From: Candidatus Woesearchaeota archaeon
Lineage (GTDB): Archaea; Nanobdellota; Nanobdellia; Pacearchaeales; GW2011-AR1
Reading direction: 5' to 3'
DNA length: 64,000 nucleotides
Assembly (NCBI GenBank): GCA_964527365.1
Contig: CAZGQV010000003.1
Span: forward strand, 8,668-72,667
A program made the translations under genes and the position numbers. Shown piece after piece: positions 1 through 10,066 of the stretch; the stretch's first letter is position 1; each line of letters begins with the position of its first letter. The notes under the pieces are model-generated. The model saw only the letters and a program-made list of their open reading frames with translations. It was not told the origin of the DNA and made no database searches.

Positions 1-763
1 TCAAATCTTCCTCGCTAGAACCATTATCAGCAATAATAATTAAAGGCATTTTGTTAGAAAACTTTGCAACATTTCGAAGTGAATTTGCAGTATCCCTAAT
101 TGAATCATCAAGTTCATAAAATGGAGCTTGACAAGGAGCTCTCAAAAAATATTCCCAAGGAGCTTTCAAAGAACTATGTTGTTTAATAATCAAAGGTAAA
201 ATTGCCCTCTCTAAAGCAAACCCAGAAGAATAACCATCACAATCATTATGGTGCCTTACAATAATTGGCCTATCTTGAATAACAGCTAATCTAATTTGTG
301 TTGCAGCCTCAACAAATCTTTCTTTCAACTTATCTAAAACAGGAATACTTACTAAAAATTCAGGGGGTTCAACTATTGCACGTTCAAATTCTATTTTTTT
401 CATTTGTTTCAAAAAATAATCATGTTCATCTTCGTTAACCTTTTTAATCCTAATAATTTCTCCTTCAATTTCTCCTTGAAATTCTCCAATATTGACAGTA
501 GCTTTTACAATATCTCCTTCTTCAATTTCTGGATAAGCACGCTCTCCAGGACCAATAAATCCTTTAAGAGAAAAACTACCAGTACCATCACTTGTTACAA
601 ATACTGTGGGCCCACCTGTTTGAACAATTCGGTTAATCTTTCCCACAATAGAAACTTTTTTAGAATTCAAATCAATATCTTTAATCTGCATTTCAACGGT
701 CTCTAATATTTTTGCAGGTTTCTTAACAAACTTTTTATTGTTAAATTTTGCTTTATTTTTCAT
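1..763 (-). CDS. RecJ-like DHH-family phosphoesterase with N-terminal OB fold (3' end runs off the window)
   Basis: Manual translation from the ATG at 763 gives an OB fold (IVQTGGPTVFVTSDGTG), then the DHH motif I region IIVRHHNDCDGYSSG and IIIADNGS. Confidence 0.8.
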   Translation of the reverse strand, partial: MKNKAKFNNKKFVKKPAKILETVEMQIKDIDLNSKKVSIVGKINRIVQTGGPTVFVTSDGTGSFSLKGFIGPGERAYPEIEEGDIVKATVNIGEFQGEIEGEIIRIKKVNEDEHDYFLKQMKKIEFERAIVEPPEFLVSIPVLDKLKERFVEAATQIRLAVIQDRPIIVRHHNDCDGYSSGFALERAILPLIIKQHSSLKAPWEYFLRAPCQAPFYELDDSIRDTANSLRNVAKFSNKMPLIIIADNGSSEEDL

Positions 764-821
764 CGTTTACAACATTCAATTGTATTAACCCATTAAAAAG
801 CTTTCGATTGGTTACGAGATA

Positions 822-841
822 ATATGAATATTTTTTCATAT
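822..841. promoter_or_regulatory. Putative ArsR operator ATATGAA-N6-TTCATAT
   Basis: Perfect 7-6-7 inverted repeat; same motif at 6330, 8970 and 10019. Confidence 0.5.
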
Positions 842-865
842 CTTATTGTAAGGAAATTAAATAAA

Positions 866-1123
866 TTATTTTTTATCTATTCGAGCCATATAAATTTCAT
901 CTCCTTTAGTTGCTCCAAAAAGTGAACCATAAGAATCTTTCAAAGATTGAAATTTGTATAAGGGATTATCAGAAAACGTCTTTTTTAATTGATTTACTTC
1001 CCACATTTTCAAATTATGAACATCCACGGTTTTTCCATTTTCCATTTCTTTAACCTTTTCAATAATCCCTTCCACAGGAATATTAATAACATTTACTAAC
1101 GAAGCCATTTCTATTAAAACCAT
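866..1123 (-). CDS. Hypothetical protein
   Basis: 85-aa ORF with an upstream TATA-like element; no recognisable motif. Confidence 0.55.
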   Translation of the reverse strand: MVLIEMASLVNVINIPVEGIIEKVKEMENGKTVDVHNLKMWEVNQLKKTFSDNPLYKFQSLKDSYGSLFGATKGDEIYMARIDKK

Positions 1124-1214
1124 TTAAACTTTATAAGAATTTATGTCACATAATTTTTATAATTGAATATCTTATTACAAAAAACTTTATAACCAAAAAC
1201 AAACTTAACCAATT

Positions 1215-2003
1215 ATGGAATTATTTTCTATAGTGGTTCTATTTCTATCTGGAATAGGTGCAGGGGTAATGACTGGACTTATTGGAGCTTCGGCAGTAAC
1301 ATTCATGGCCGGAATATTAATTGTTTTGCTCGGGTATGGTGCCTACTATGCAATAGGAATCTCATTAATAACAGATGTTTCAGCTTCGCTTGTTTCTACA
1401 CATTTATATAGAAAAGCAAAAAACATCGATGTGAAAAGAGGTGTATTAATTGGATTACTAGCTTTAGTTTTTGCATTTGTTGGCAGTTTACTGGCAAGAT
1501 TCATTCCAGACATTGCATTAACAGATGCTTTAGGAATAATTATTCTTTTAACAGGAATAAGTTTTATTAGAAACCCATTAAAAAATGATGAAAACAAATT
1601 TGCAAAATATTTCAAGAATAAAAAAACCACAGGATCAATTTTAATTGGTGTTTTTGTAGGATTATTTTGTGGACTCTTTGGTGTTGGGGGAGGAATAACA
1701 ATCTTGATTGCACTAGTATTCATCCTAGGTTATCCAATAAAGACTGCTGTGGGAACATCTGTATTAATAATGGCATTCATTTCTCTTTCGGGAGGAATTG
1801 GTCACTTTATAGGAAAAGAATTTCCTTGGATTCCCCTAATTATAAGTTCAATAGGGGGAATAATTGGTGGAATAGTGGCTTCTAACTATGCAAATAAGGT
1901 ATCCGAAGAAAAAATGTTCAAAATAACTGGAATAATTTTAATCATAATTTCCTTAGCTGTAATATTCAAAAAGTTCTTCTATTTTTATGGATTATTCATT
2001 TAA
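1215..2003 (+). CDS. Sulfite exporter TauE/SafE family membrane protein
   Basis: About 8 hydrophobic helices, GLFGVGGG and AVGTS motifs, internal duplication. Confidence 0.85.
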   Translation: MELFSIVVLFLSGIGAGVMTGLIGASAVTFMAGILIVLLGYGAYYAIGISLITDVSASLVSTHLYRKAKNIDVKRGVLIGLLALVFAFVGSLLARFIPDIALTDALGIIILLTGISFIRNPLKNDENKFAKYFKNKKTTGSILIGVFVGLFCGLFGVGGGITILIALVFILGYPIKTAVGTSVLIMAFISLSGGIGHFIGKEFPWIPLIISSIGGIIGGIVASNYANKVSEEKMFKITGIILIIISLAVIFKKFFYFYGLFI

Positions 2004-2057
2004 AATAAAGAATTTTTCTAAAGAAAACTTTATAAACCAAATTTTATAACATAACGT

Positions 2058-2510
2058 ATGGCATTCAAGATAAACATTTCAGAAAAATCAGGAAAAACTT
2101 ACAAATTAGAAGCGGAAGCAGAAGGATTAATTGATAAAGAATTGGAAGAAGTTGTTCAAGGTAAAGAAATTTCTGAAGATTTGGAAGGATATGAATTAAA
2201 AATTACCGGAACAAGCGACAAATCCGGATTCACTTCATTAAAATCAGTTCCAGGAATTGGATTAAAAAAAGTCCTATTAAGTTATGAAAAAGGCATGCAT
2301 AAAAGACCCAAAAAAGAAGGTAAAATAGAATATTCAAATAATAATCCCAAGGGATTACGATTAAGAAAAACTGTTAGAGGAAGAATCATTTCTGACGCAA
2401 TTACACAAATTAACATGATTGTTGTAAAACAAGGTAAAAAAACTCTTGAAGAAATTTACAACCCAAAAACAGAAGAAGCTCCTACTGAAGCACCTGTTGA
2501 AGCCCAATAA
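2058..2510 (+). CDS. rps6e: 30S ribosomal protein S6e
   Basis: GYELKITGTSDKSGF and GLRLRKTVRG motifs; directly upstream of eIF2-gamma. Confidence 0.93.
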   Translation: MAFKINISEKSGKTYKLEAEAEGLIDKELEEVVQGKEISEDLEGYELKITGTSDKSGFTSLKSVPGIGLKKVLLSYEKGMHKRPKKEGKIEYSNNNPKGLRLRKTVRGRIISDAITQINMIVVKQGKKTLEEIYNPKTEEAPTEAPVEAQ

Positions 2511-2562
2511 TTTTTTATTTTTAACCCAAAACCTTTTTTAACTAAGTTTTTCTAAATTCTTT

Positions 2563-3750
2563 ATGACAGATTTACCAGAATTAAATGTTGGCGTTGTAGG
2601 CCACATCGATCACGGAAAAACAACATTACTTTCAAGACTAACTGGGAAGTTTGCCGACACACATTCTGAAGAACTAAAACGGGGAATTACAATAAAACTT
2701 GGTTATGCTGAACTAATTATTTCTAAAGACAAAGGAGAATACACTCACGAAAAACGAGGAACTCCTGAACGATACATTTCATTTATTGATGCTCCAGGTC
2801 ATGAAATGCTAATGGCAACAATGCTTTCAGGTGCAGCAATTATTGATTCAGCAATTTTGGTTATTGCAGCAAACGAAGGAATTAAACCACAAACTAAAGA
2901 ACATTTTATGGCACTTCAAGCAAAAGGAATAAAAAATATAATAATTGTCCAAAACAAAATAGATCTTGTTTCAAAAGAAGAAGCTGCAAAAAATTATAAA
3001 ATAATAAAAGAATTTGTAAAAGGAACAATTGCCGAAAATGCCCCAATTATTCCAATTTCAGCCCAACAAAATATTAACATAGATAAATTACTTGAAGCAT
3101 TAATAAATTTCCCAGTTCCAAAAAGAAACACAAATGAAAAACCAATTTTTTTAATTGCAAGAAGTTTTGACATTAATAAACCAGGGACAGAAATAAAAAA
3201 TTTACATGGCGGGGTTTTGGGAGGAATATTAAAACAAGGAACATTAAAAGTGGGAGATGAAATTGAAATAAAACCTGGACTTTCAATAAAAAAAAATAAT
3301 CAATATTCCTATGAATCTTTGACAACAAAAATTTTATCTTTAAATAAAGGAACGAAACAAGTTAAAGAAATTTTGCCTGGAGCATCCATCTCCATTGAAA
3401 CTGAATTAGATCCATTTTTAACAAAAACAGATTCATTAACTGGTTCAGTTATTTCTCTAAAAGGTAATCTTCCGGAAATAACCCACAAAGTCAAAATAAA
3501 AACAAATTTATTTGAAGAAATATTGGGGGAAGTTGGTCACAAAAAAACTGAAGTTTTGAAAACAAAAGAAATGCTAATGCTTTCTGTAAATACAACAATC
3601 ACTGTTGGAACAGTTGAAAAGATTAGTGAAGATGATGTTGAAATGAGTTTGAATATTCCAATTGTTGCATTAAAAGGAGACAATGTTGGAATCGCAAGAA
3701 ACATTTCTGGCCACTGGAGATTAATTGGATTTGGCGAGATTCTTGATTAA
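2563..3750 (+). CDS. eif2g: Translation initiation factor aIF-2 gamma subunit
   Basis: GHIDHGKT, RGITIKLGY, DAPGHE, NKID, C-terminal WRLIGFG. Confidence 0.96.
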   Translation: MTDLPELNVGVVGHIDHGKTTLLSRLTGKFADTHSEELKRGITIKLGYAELIISKDKGEYTHEKRGTPERYISFIDAPGHEMLMATMLSGAAIIDSAILVIAANEGIKPQTKEHFMALQAKGIKNIIIVQNKIDLVSKEEAAKNYKIIKEFVKGTIAENAPIIPISAQQNINIDKLLEALINFPVPKRNTNEKPIFLIARSFDINKPGTEIKNLHGGVLGGILKQGTLKVGDEIEIKPGLSIKKNNQYSYESLTTKILSLNKGTKQVKEILPGASISIETELDPFLTKTDSLTGSVISLKGNLPEITHKVKIKTNLFEEILGEVGHKKTEVLKTKEMLMLSVNTTITVGTVEKISEDDVEMSLNIPIVALKGDNVGIARNISGHWRLIGFGEILD

Positions 3751-3805
3751 AGAGTACAATCTCCCCAACAAACTTTATAATCTCCAAACATTTTTTACAT
3801 GAACA

Positions 3806-4711
3806 ATGGTAGTCTATTCACATTCCAGAATTTCCTCATATGAACAATGTAAATATCGATACAAATTAAGATATCTTGACAAAGTTAAATCTCCAATTGA
3901 AAAATCAATTGAATCCCACTTAGGGACATGTGTCCATGATACATTAGAATGGTTATACAAGGAAGTTTTAGAAAAAAGACTGCCAGAGATGGACGAAATT
4001 CTACAAAGATATGCTGCACAATGGAATCGTGACTACAAAGAAAATTTCATAATTGTAAAAAAACAATTTAATGCAGAAGACTACAAAAATAAGGGGGTAA
4101 AATTCTTAATAGATTATTATGTAAAACACACACCATTCAAAGATGGAACAATTTCCATGGAAGAAAAAGTTTGGGTTAATTTGGGAGATGATTTTCCCCA
4201 CAAAGTAATTGGATTCATTGATAGGCTAGTTTACAATAAAGAGAAAAACGAATATGAAATTCATGATTATAAAACAGCAAACTCTCTTCCAACACAGGCA
4301 AAGTTTGACAAAGACAGACAACTAGCATTATATGGGCTTGCAATAAGAGAAAAATATGGCCTAGACAAATCCATTCTTTTAACTTGGCATTACTTAAACC
4401 ACAATAAACAAATATTTTCAAAAAGAACCGACGAACAATTTGAACAATTAAAAGAAGAAATTAAAAATAAAATTTTAGAAATTGAAGCCAATCAAAATTT
4501 CCCTTGTACAAAAACAATTCTTTGTAATTGGTGTGAATATAAACTGTATTGTAAAGCACATGGAAATCAATTACCTGAACAATATAGGCAAAAACAAACT
4601 TCCTTAACAGAACATACTAAACCAAAAGAAATTCCCACAATTGAAATTCCAAAAGAAGAAATGGAAAAAATAAACAAAGAATTTCCAACTGTGAGTAAAT
4701 ATTTGAAATAA
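3806..4711 (+). CDS. PD-(D/E)XK RecB-family nuclease with probable Fe-S cysteines
   Basis: YSHSRISSYEQC, GFIDRL, IHDYKT, QLALY, CNWCEYKLYC. Confidence 0.85.
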   Translation: MVVYSHSRISSYEQCKYRYKLRYLDKVKSPIEKSIESHLGTCVHDTLEWLYKEVLEKRLPEMDEILQRYAAQWNRDYKENFIIVKKQFNAEDYKNKGVKFLIDYYVKHTPFKDGTISMEEKVWVNLGDDFPHKVIGFIDRLVYNKEKNEYEIHDYKTANSLPTQAKFDKDRQLALYGLAIREKYGLDKSILLTWHYLNHNKQIFSKRTDEQFEQLKEEIKNKILEIEANQNFPCTKTILCNWCEYKLYCKAHGNQLPEQYRQKQTSLTEHTKPKEIPTIEIPKEEMEKINKEFPTVSKYLK

Positions 4712-4713
4712 AC

Positions 4714-6276
4714 TCAAGAATAACTCTCAACAACTTCAAACTTTTCTCGAAATTTTAAGTTTTCAGTTACATTGACTGGTTTTGCTTGTCCTTTCTTAGC
4801 TAAAATTTCAGAATCTATTTTATCATAATTTCCTTTTTTAACAATAGACAAAATAGGGGGATCCATGCGGCCAAATTCATTTCTAGTTTCTCCATAAGTC
4901 AACATATATTTCTGCCACAATAAATCAATTTCTTTCAGCAAATTTTTTGCAATTTCCTCATCAATTTTTTTAAAAGGTTCAATTAAAATTTCATACTTTG
5001 GTTTTTTATTTTTAACTATAAATGGTATAACTGTAAAGGATCTAAATTTAACTTTTAATTTTTTAAGTCCTTCTTTAACTCCCCGAACAATTTCTCCTTC
5101 AGGAGCATGTTCTTCAGTAATATTTAGAAATTTATTTCTCTCAGAAAATTTCACAACAGGAAGTTTACCAGAAAAGCCGACAACTTTTACAACATCTTTA
5201 ATATCATACCTATACAAACCTTCTTGAGTAGTCATAATTACTTTATACTCTTTATTTTTTTTTAATTTGCCAATTGTAATTGGTTTCAAAAAATCTTTTC
5301 CTCGTTTTTCACAGAATTCAAAAAAAGTTTCATTGGCCGGAATAATTCCTTCTCCATCAACATCATCGAGCCCCACACTAATTCTACCCTCGCTAGCAAA
5401 TATACCATTGTCTTTCACCACCATATTAATTTTACCAAGTTTTTCTTTAACTGTTTCTAGATATATTTTATTTGAATTTGTTTTTAATGAATTAATAACC
5501 CACAAATTAGGCCAAATTGTAATTGGTTTAAAATCAACTAAATTTTCTAAATAATTTGCACGTGTTTTATTATGTTTTCTAACTTCCCTAATTAATTTTT
5601 TTTCATTCTTTTTTAAAAAATCAAAAAATAAAATTCCCTGTACTGCAGAAGCAAATGCTATGTGTGTAAGGTTCTTTTCCATCAAAGCAAGTATTGCAAT
5701 TTTCTTCATCTTCCGAGAAAAATTTTTCATATTCAAGGTATCAGAATCAACAATCAATTTACGTTTTATAACTTTACTGGCATTTTTAACTAAATACCCC
5801 GTAATATTTCCATAAGGAATTTTTCCTTTAGTGTGCCCAATTAAATCTCCAGCAGCAAAATACAAAGTTTTTCCTTTCAACATTTTTGTTCCACCTTTTG
5901 ACATTGCCCACAAAAATAATTCGCCACGATAAAACTCCATTCTTTTCTTTGTTATGGGAATAAACTTTGGAGAACTAGTCGTTCCAGAAGATACTGCAAA
6001 AAATAAAACCTTATCTTTAACCAATACATTCCTTTTACCTTTTTTCATAACTTCAATTTCTGGCAATATATCATCATAATCAATAATTGGAACATTTTTT
6101 TGAAAATTTTTAATAGATTTTATTTTCCTAAAATCAAATCTTTTTCCATATTCAGTATCTTTATTATTTCTTAAAATTTTAAATAAAATTCTTTCTTGAA
6201 CTCGTTCAGGATTTAACATTGCAGCCGCAAATTCAAGTGCAAACTTGGCTGGTTTGAAAACTCGCTTAATAATCAT
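4714..6276 (-). CDS. GH3 (auxin-responsive) acyl-acid amido synthetase family protein
   Basis: NKDTEYGK, VPIIDY, SSGTTSSPKFIP, ASEG, GLYRYDIKDVV. Confidence 0.85.
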   Translation of the reverse strand: MIIKRVFKPAKFALEFAAAMLNPERVQERILFKILRNNKDTEYGKRFDFRKIKSIKNFQKNVPIIDYDDILPEIEVMKKGKRNVLVKDKVLFFAVSSGTTSSPKFIPITKKRMEFYRGELFLWAMSKGGTKMLKGKTLYFAAGDLIGHTKGKIPYGNITGYLVKNASKVIKRKLIVDSDTLNMKNFSRKMKKIAILALMEKNLTHIAFASAVQGILFFDFLKKNEKKLIREVRKHNKTRANYLENLVDFKPITIWPNLWVINSLKTNSNKIYLETVKEKLGKINMVVKDNGIFASEGRISVGLDDVDGEGIIPANETFFEFCEKRGKDFLKPITIGKLKKNKEYKVIMTTQEGLYRYDIKDVVKVVGFSGKLPVVKFSERNKFLNITEEHAPEGEIVRGVKEGLKKLKVKFRSFTVIPFIVKNKKPKYEILIEPFKKIDEEIAKNLLKEIDLLWQKYMLTYGETRNEFGRMDPPILSIVKKGNYDKIDSEILAKKGQAKPVNVTENLKFREKFEVVESYS

Positions 6277-6329
6277 AAAAAAGAGATGAAAATGGGATTT
6301 ATATTGCTTTTTATAAAAACATTTAAATA

Positions 6330-6355
6330 TTCATATGAAGTGTCATTCATATGAA
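6330..6355. promoter_or_regulatory. Autoregulatory operator TTCATATGAA-GTGTCA-TTCATATGAA overlapping the arsR start codon
   Basis: Perfect 10-6-10 inverted repeat just downstream of TATA-like elements. Confidence 0.7.
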
Positions 6356-6647
6356 ATGTAACGCATACCACATATTTTTTAAAAACCTAGCAAATCCTTT
6401 GAAAACCCAAATAATTCAAGTATTAAAAGAAAAACCCATGTCAGTAACTGAATTAATAGAAAAAACAAAGATTGAACAATCTAAACTTTCACACGCATTA
6501 ACTAGCTTGAAGTTTTGTAAAATTGTAAATTCAAAACAAAAAGGAAAACAAAGAATTTATTCTTTAAATAAAAAAACAATAATACCAATTCTAAAAGTGA
6601 TTGACAAACATCGACAATCTTTTTGTCCTGGTTGTAAAGCAAAATGA
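6351..6647 (+). CDS. ArsR/SmtB family winged-HTH regulator with four Cys
   Basis: FKNLANPLK..I, SVTEL, QSKLSHAL..L, GKQRIYSL; C-terminal CPGC. Confidence 0.85.
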   Translation: MKCNAYHIFFKNLANPLKTQIIQVLKEKPMSVTELIEKTKIEQSKLSHALTSLKFCKIVNSKQKGKQRIYSLNKKTIIPILKVIDKHRQSFCPGCKAK

Positions 6648-7792
6648 AAATATATTTAGATAATGCAGCTACAACTCGCATAGATGATAAAGTTTTGAAA
6701 ACAATGTTACCTTATTTTACAAAAAATTATGGAAATGCTTCTTCACTCCACATGGAAGGAACAGAAGCTAAAACAGCTTTAGATAAATCAAGAAAAATAA
6801 TTGCAAAATCATTGAATACAAAAAATTCTGAAATTTATTTCACCTCTGGAGGAACCGAATCAAACAACTGGGCATTAAAGGGTTTATTCTGGGAAAACTT
6901 TCCAAAAAAAAATCACATCATAACAACAAAAATTGAACATGATTGTATAATCAATACTTGTGGCTGGTTGGAACAACAAGGTGCAGTTGTAACATACTTG
7001 GATGTTGATAAAGAAGGATTCATCAATTTAAAAAATTTAGAAAAGGCAATCACAGATAAAACATTTTTAGTAACAATAATTCATGGAAACAACGAAATTG
7101 GAACAATTCAAAATTTAGAAGCTATTGGAAAAATTACAAAAGAAAAAAATGTTCTTTTCCATACTGATGCCTGTCAAAGTTATACAAAAGTACCAATTAA
7201 TGTTAATAAAATGAATTTGGATTTAGTCACAATTAATTCACATAAGATTCATGGACCAAAAGGGGTGGGTGTCCTATACATAAAAGACAAGATAAAACTA
7301 ACACCCCTAATGCACGGGGGGGGTCATGAAAAAAAACAAAGAAGTGGAACTGAAAACATTCCAGGAATTGTTGGTTTTGCAAAAGCCGTTGAAATAACAA
7401 AAGAAAAAGATTTCAAAAAAATCACAATACTTAGAGACAAATTAATTGACAGAATTCAAAACTCAATTACAAATACAAAATTGAACGGTCCAACAGGAAA
7501 AAATAGATTACAAAATAACATAAATATCTCTTTCACTAACGTCGAGGGTGAAGCCATTGGAGGATATTTGGAAAATCAAGGAATCTTTGTTTCAACAGGA
7601 TCGGCCTGCATGTCAAATACTCTAGCTTCAAGTCATGTACTAAAAGCATTAAAATTATCTGATTTAGAACAAAACTCTTCAATTAGAATAAGTTTGAGTA
7701 AATACACTACAGAAAAAGATGTTGAATATGTTCTGAAAAAATTACCTGAAATAATTAAAAAACTAAGAAGACTTAGTCCTTTGTTAAAATGA
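6644..7792 (+). CDS. iscS: Cysteine desulfurase (IscS/NifS)
   Basis: IYLDNAATT, FTSGGTES, HTDACQ, SHKIHGPKG, STGSAC. Confidence 0.95.
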   Translation: MKIYLDNAATTRIDDKVLKTMLPYFTKNYGNASSLHMEGTEAKTALDKSRKIIAKSLNTKNSEIYFTSGGTESNNWALKGLFWENFPKKNHIITTKIEHDCIINTCGWLEQQGAVVTYLDVDKEGFINLKNLEKAITDKTFLVTIIHGNNEIGTIQNLEAIGKITKEKNVLFHTDACQSYTKVPINVNKMNLDLVTINSHKIHGPKGVGVLYIKDKIKLTPLMHGGGHEKKQRSGTENIPGIVGFAKAVEITKEKDFKKITILRDKLIDRIQNSITNTKLNGPTGKNRLQNNINISFTNVEGEAIGGYLENQGIFVSTGSACMSNTLASSHVLKALKLSDLEQNSSIRISLSKYTTEKDVEYVLKKLPEIIKKLRRLSPLLK

Positions 7793-8334
7793 ATATACAA
7801 ATAATTTCTAAAAAATCCATAGATTTGACAATTGCAGAAATTACTTTAATGAATAATTCCAGAATAAAACAATGGGGGAAAAATGCTAAAGTAGATTTCA
7901 AAAAAGAAGATAAGAATGGAGAATTTATTTTTGTGAAAAATAACAAAAAAATAGTTGCATTTGGAATGATGAAACCAATAAAAATAAAATTAAATAAAAA
8001 TAATTTTACAATTTTAGGGATGGGGAGGGGATTCGCAATTATAAAAAACAAAGAATATGGGAGAATATTAAATTCTGCAAGAATTCACCAATTGAAAAAA
8101 TCACAAAAAACAGCAGTTGCATTTACTGACAGATCAAATATTGCTTTCTTTGAAAAAGTTGGTTTCAAAATAAAGAAAAACGGAATTAGACAATTCAAAT
8201 ATTTGAATTCTAAAACAAAAAAATTAATTTATGACCCCGATGGAGATATGGTTTATTTTGAAGGCAAAGATAAATTCATAACAAAATTATTAAAATCAAA
8301 ACAATTTGCAATAACAGACACGCCTTTTTGGTAA
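7789..8334 (+). CDS. GNAT-like acetyltransferase (divergent)
   Basis: KEYGRIL and FFEKVGF motifs; coupled to the iscS stop. Confidence 0.55.
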   Translation: MNIQIISKKSIDLTIAEITLMNNSRIKQWGKNAKVDFKKEDKNGEFIFVKNNKKIVAFGMMKPIKIKLNKNNFTILGMGRGFAIIKNKEYGRILNSARIHQLKKSQKTAVAFTDRSNIAFFEKVGFKIKKNGIRQFKYLNSKTKKLIYDPDGDMVYFEGKDKFITKLLKSKQFAITDTPFW

Positions 8335-8341
8335 AATAACA

Positions 8342-8545
8342 ATGATTTCAAAAAAAATAACAAAACAAACAAATATTATGGAAGCAATGGAGCTAAATCC
8401 AAATGCAGCCGAAATTTTAACAAATTCAGGACTAGGATGCATTGGTTGTTCTTTGGCCCACGCCGAAACTTTAGAACAAGGTTTAATGGCACATGGTTTT
8501 GAAGAAAAAGAAATTGATGACGTAATTGAAAAATTGAATAAATAA
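8342..8545 (+). CDS. DUF1858 redox disulfide domain protein
   Basis: GLGCIGCSLAHAETLEQG..AHG. Confidence 0.85.
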   Translation: MISKKITKQTNIMEAMELNPNAAEILTNSGLGCIGCSLAHAETLEQGLMAHGFEEKEIDDVIEKLNK

Positions 8546-8609
8546 TTGATACCATATTAAAATAGTAACAAATCACAAAACTTATAAATTAAATTTTCTA
8601 TTAATTCTT

Positions 8610-8927
8610 ATGAAAAACACATTTAGCTTGTCAAAAATAGAAAGCCCATATAAAATATATGAAGGGATTGAATCAAGAGTTCAAACCACAAAAGATTCTC
8701 ATTTTGGAGTTATTTCAAATGAAGATATTGAATATTTATACTTAAAACCCCATCTTGTTTATGAAAATTTACCAAAATCTAAACAATCTTGGAAACAAAT
8801 TCCAAGAATAGAAATGAAAATTCCAAAAGCAATAAAAAAAGCCTTTATTGAATCTATAGATCCCCTGGAAGAAGGTTATATAACTAACTTAGTCACAAAA
8901 ATTTTAGAAACAGCCAAGACAGAATAA
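8610..8927 (+). CDS. Hypothetical protein
   Basis: 105-aa ORF with an upstream CTTATAAA box. Confidence 0.55.
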   Translation: MKNTFSLSKIESPYKIYEGIESRVQTTKDSHFGVISNEDIEYLYLKPHLVYENLPKSKQSWKQIPRIEMKIPKAIKKAFIESIDPLEEGYITNLVTKILETAKTE

Positions 8928-8987
8928 TTTCAAATAAATTTAACTTCTAAAAAATTCCACAACATTTAAATATGAAAATATTAACAT

Positions 8988-9443
8988 ATGTTCATGGGCT
9001 TTGAATACTCAAAAAAAGTAATGGATAATTTTCTAAAACCCCAAAACATGGGAAAAATAAAAAACCCAAATGGTATTGCAGAAATTGGAAGTCCAGCATG
9101 TGGGGACATTATGCATATGGAAATTAAAGTCAAAAACAATATTTTGAAAGATATTAAATTCAAAACATTTGGTTGTGCTGCAGCAATAGCCTCAACCTCA
9201 ATAATTACTCAAATGGTTAAAGGAAAATCATTAGAATACGCTGAAAAATTAACTATGAAACATGTAGCTGAAGAACTAAAAGGACTCCCAAAAATTAAAA
9301 TGCATTGTTCAACCATGGGAATTCAAACATTGAAAAAAGCAATTAAAAATTATAAAATTAATGCAAGATTAATAAAAAAACCAACTGACTGGTGCCCTAA
9401 AGAAAATAATAATGAACAAGACCATAATGGTGAAACTTATTGA
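8988..9443 (+). CDS. iscU: Fe-S cluster scaffold IscU/NifU
   Basis: YSKKVMDNF, PACGD, FKTFGCAAAIAS, KMHCS. Confidence 0.93.
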   Translation: MFMGFEYSKKVMDNFLKPQNMGKIKNPNGIAEIGSPACGDIMHMEIKVKNNILKDIKFKTFGCAAAIASTSIITQMVKGKSLEYAEKLTMKHVAEELKGLPKIKMHCSTMGIQTLKKAIKNYKINARLIKKPTDWCPKENNNEQDHNGETY

Positions 9444-9596
9444 CAGAACGAAATAAAAATCTACTATCCGTCCACCGTGTAACCTAAACAGTTCAAAACT
9501 TTGTAATAACTAATCTCAAACTATGTCCATGCCACGGGTGATAACTTAACTTATCAAATCTGAATTTTAGTTCAACTTACCATATAAATAATAAAA

Positions 9597-9887
9597 TCAA
9601 TTAATCACTTCAAATATCTTAGAAATTCCCTTTTTAGCCAAAAATAATACTTCAAGTCGAGATTCTTTATTTGGACAAATTAAAGAAGAATTAACATTTA
9701 TCAGATTATCTCTTGCTTGACAAAATAAATCCTTCAATGATCCAACCCCATATTGTCCTTCAAGCATGACTTTATTATATTCCTTACAAAAAATAAGATT
9801 AAGATCATTTACTTGATCTGCATTTCCTATTATTGCAGCATTTTCCATGTTTAATAAAACACCATATAATTTTTTGTACTCATCCAT
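9597..9887 (-). CDS. Hypothetical protein
   Basis: 96-aa ORF, no motif. Confidence 0.5.
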   Translation of the reverse strand: MDEYKKLYGVLLNMENAAIIGNADQVNDLNLIFCKEYNKVMLEGQYGVGSLKDLFCQARDNLINVNSSLICPNKESRLEVLFLAKKGISKIFEVIN

Positions 9888-10018
9888 AAAATAAATATTA
9901 AAAATAAATTAATAAATATATGTATATTTTCAACATAACTACTTATCCTAGCCAGATAAAAATCACCAACTGCAAAATTTCCCCAATACTTTTCAATAAT
10001 ACTAAATCTTTATAAAAA

Positions 10019-10040
10019 CATATGAAATTATATTCATATA
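10019..10040. promoter_or_regulatory. Putative ArsR operator CATATGAA-ATTATA-TTCATATA upstream of ahpC
   Basis: Inverted repeat directly after the CTTTATAAAAA TATA box. Confidence 0.65.
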
Positions 10041-10066
10041 TATAAATAATGGGAGGTAAAAATAAA

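Noticed and set aside
3806..4711. Cas4 / CRISPR adaptation gene
   Set aside because: Solo PD-(D/E)XK nuclease in a housekeeping context with no array or cas1
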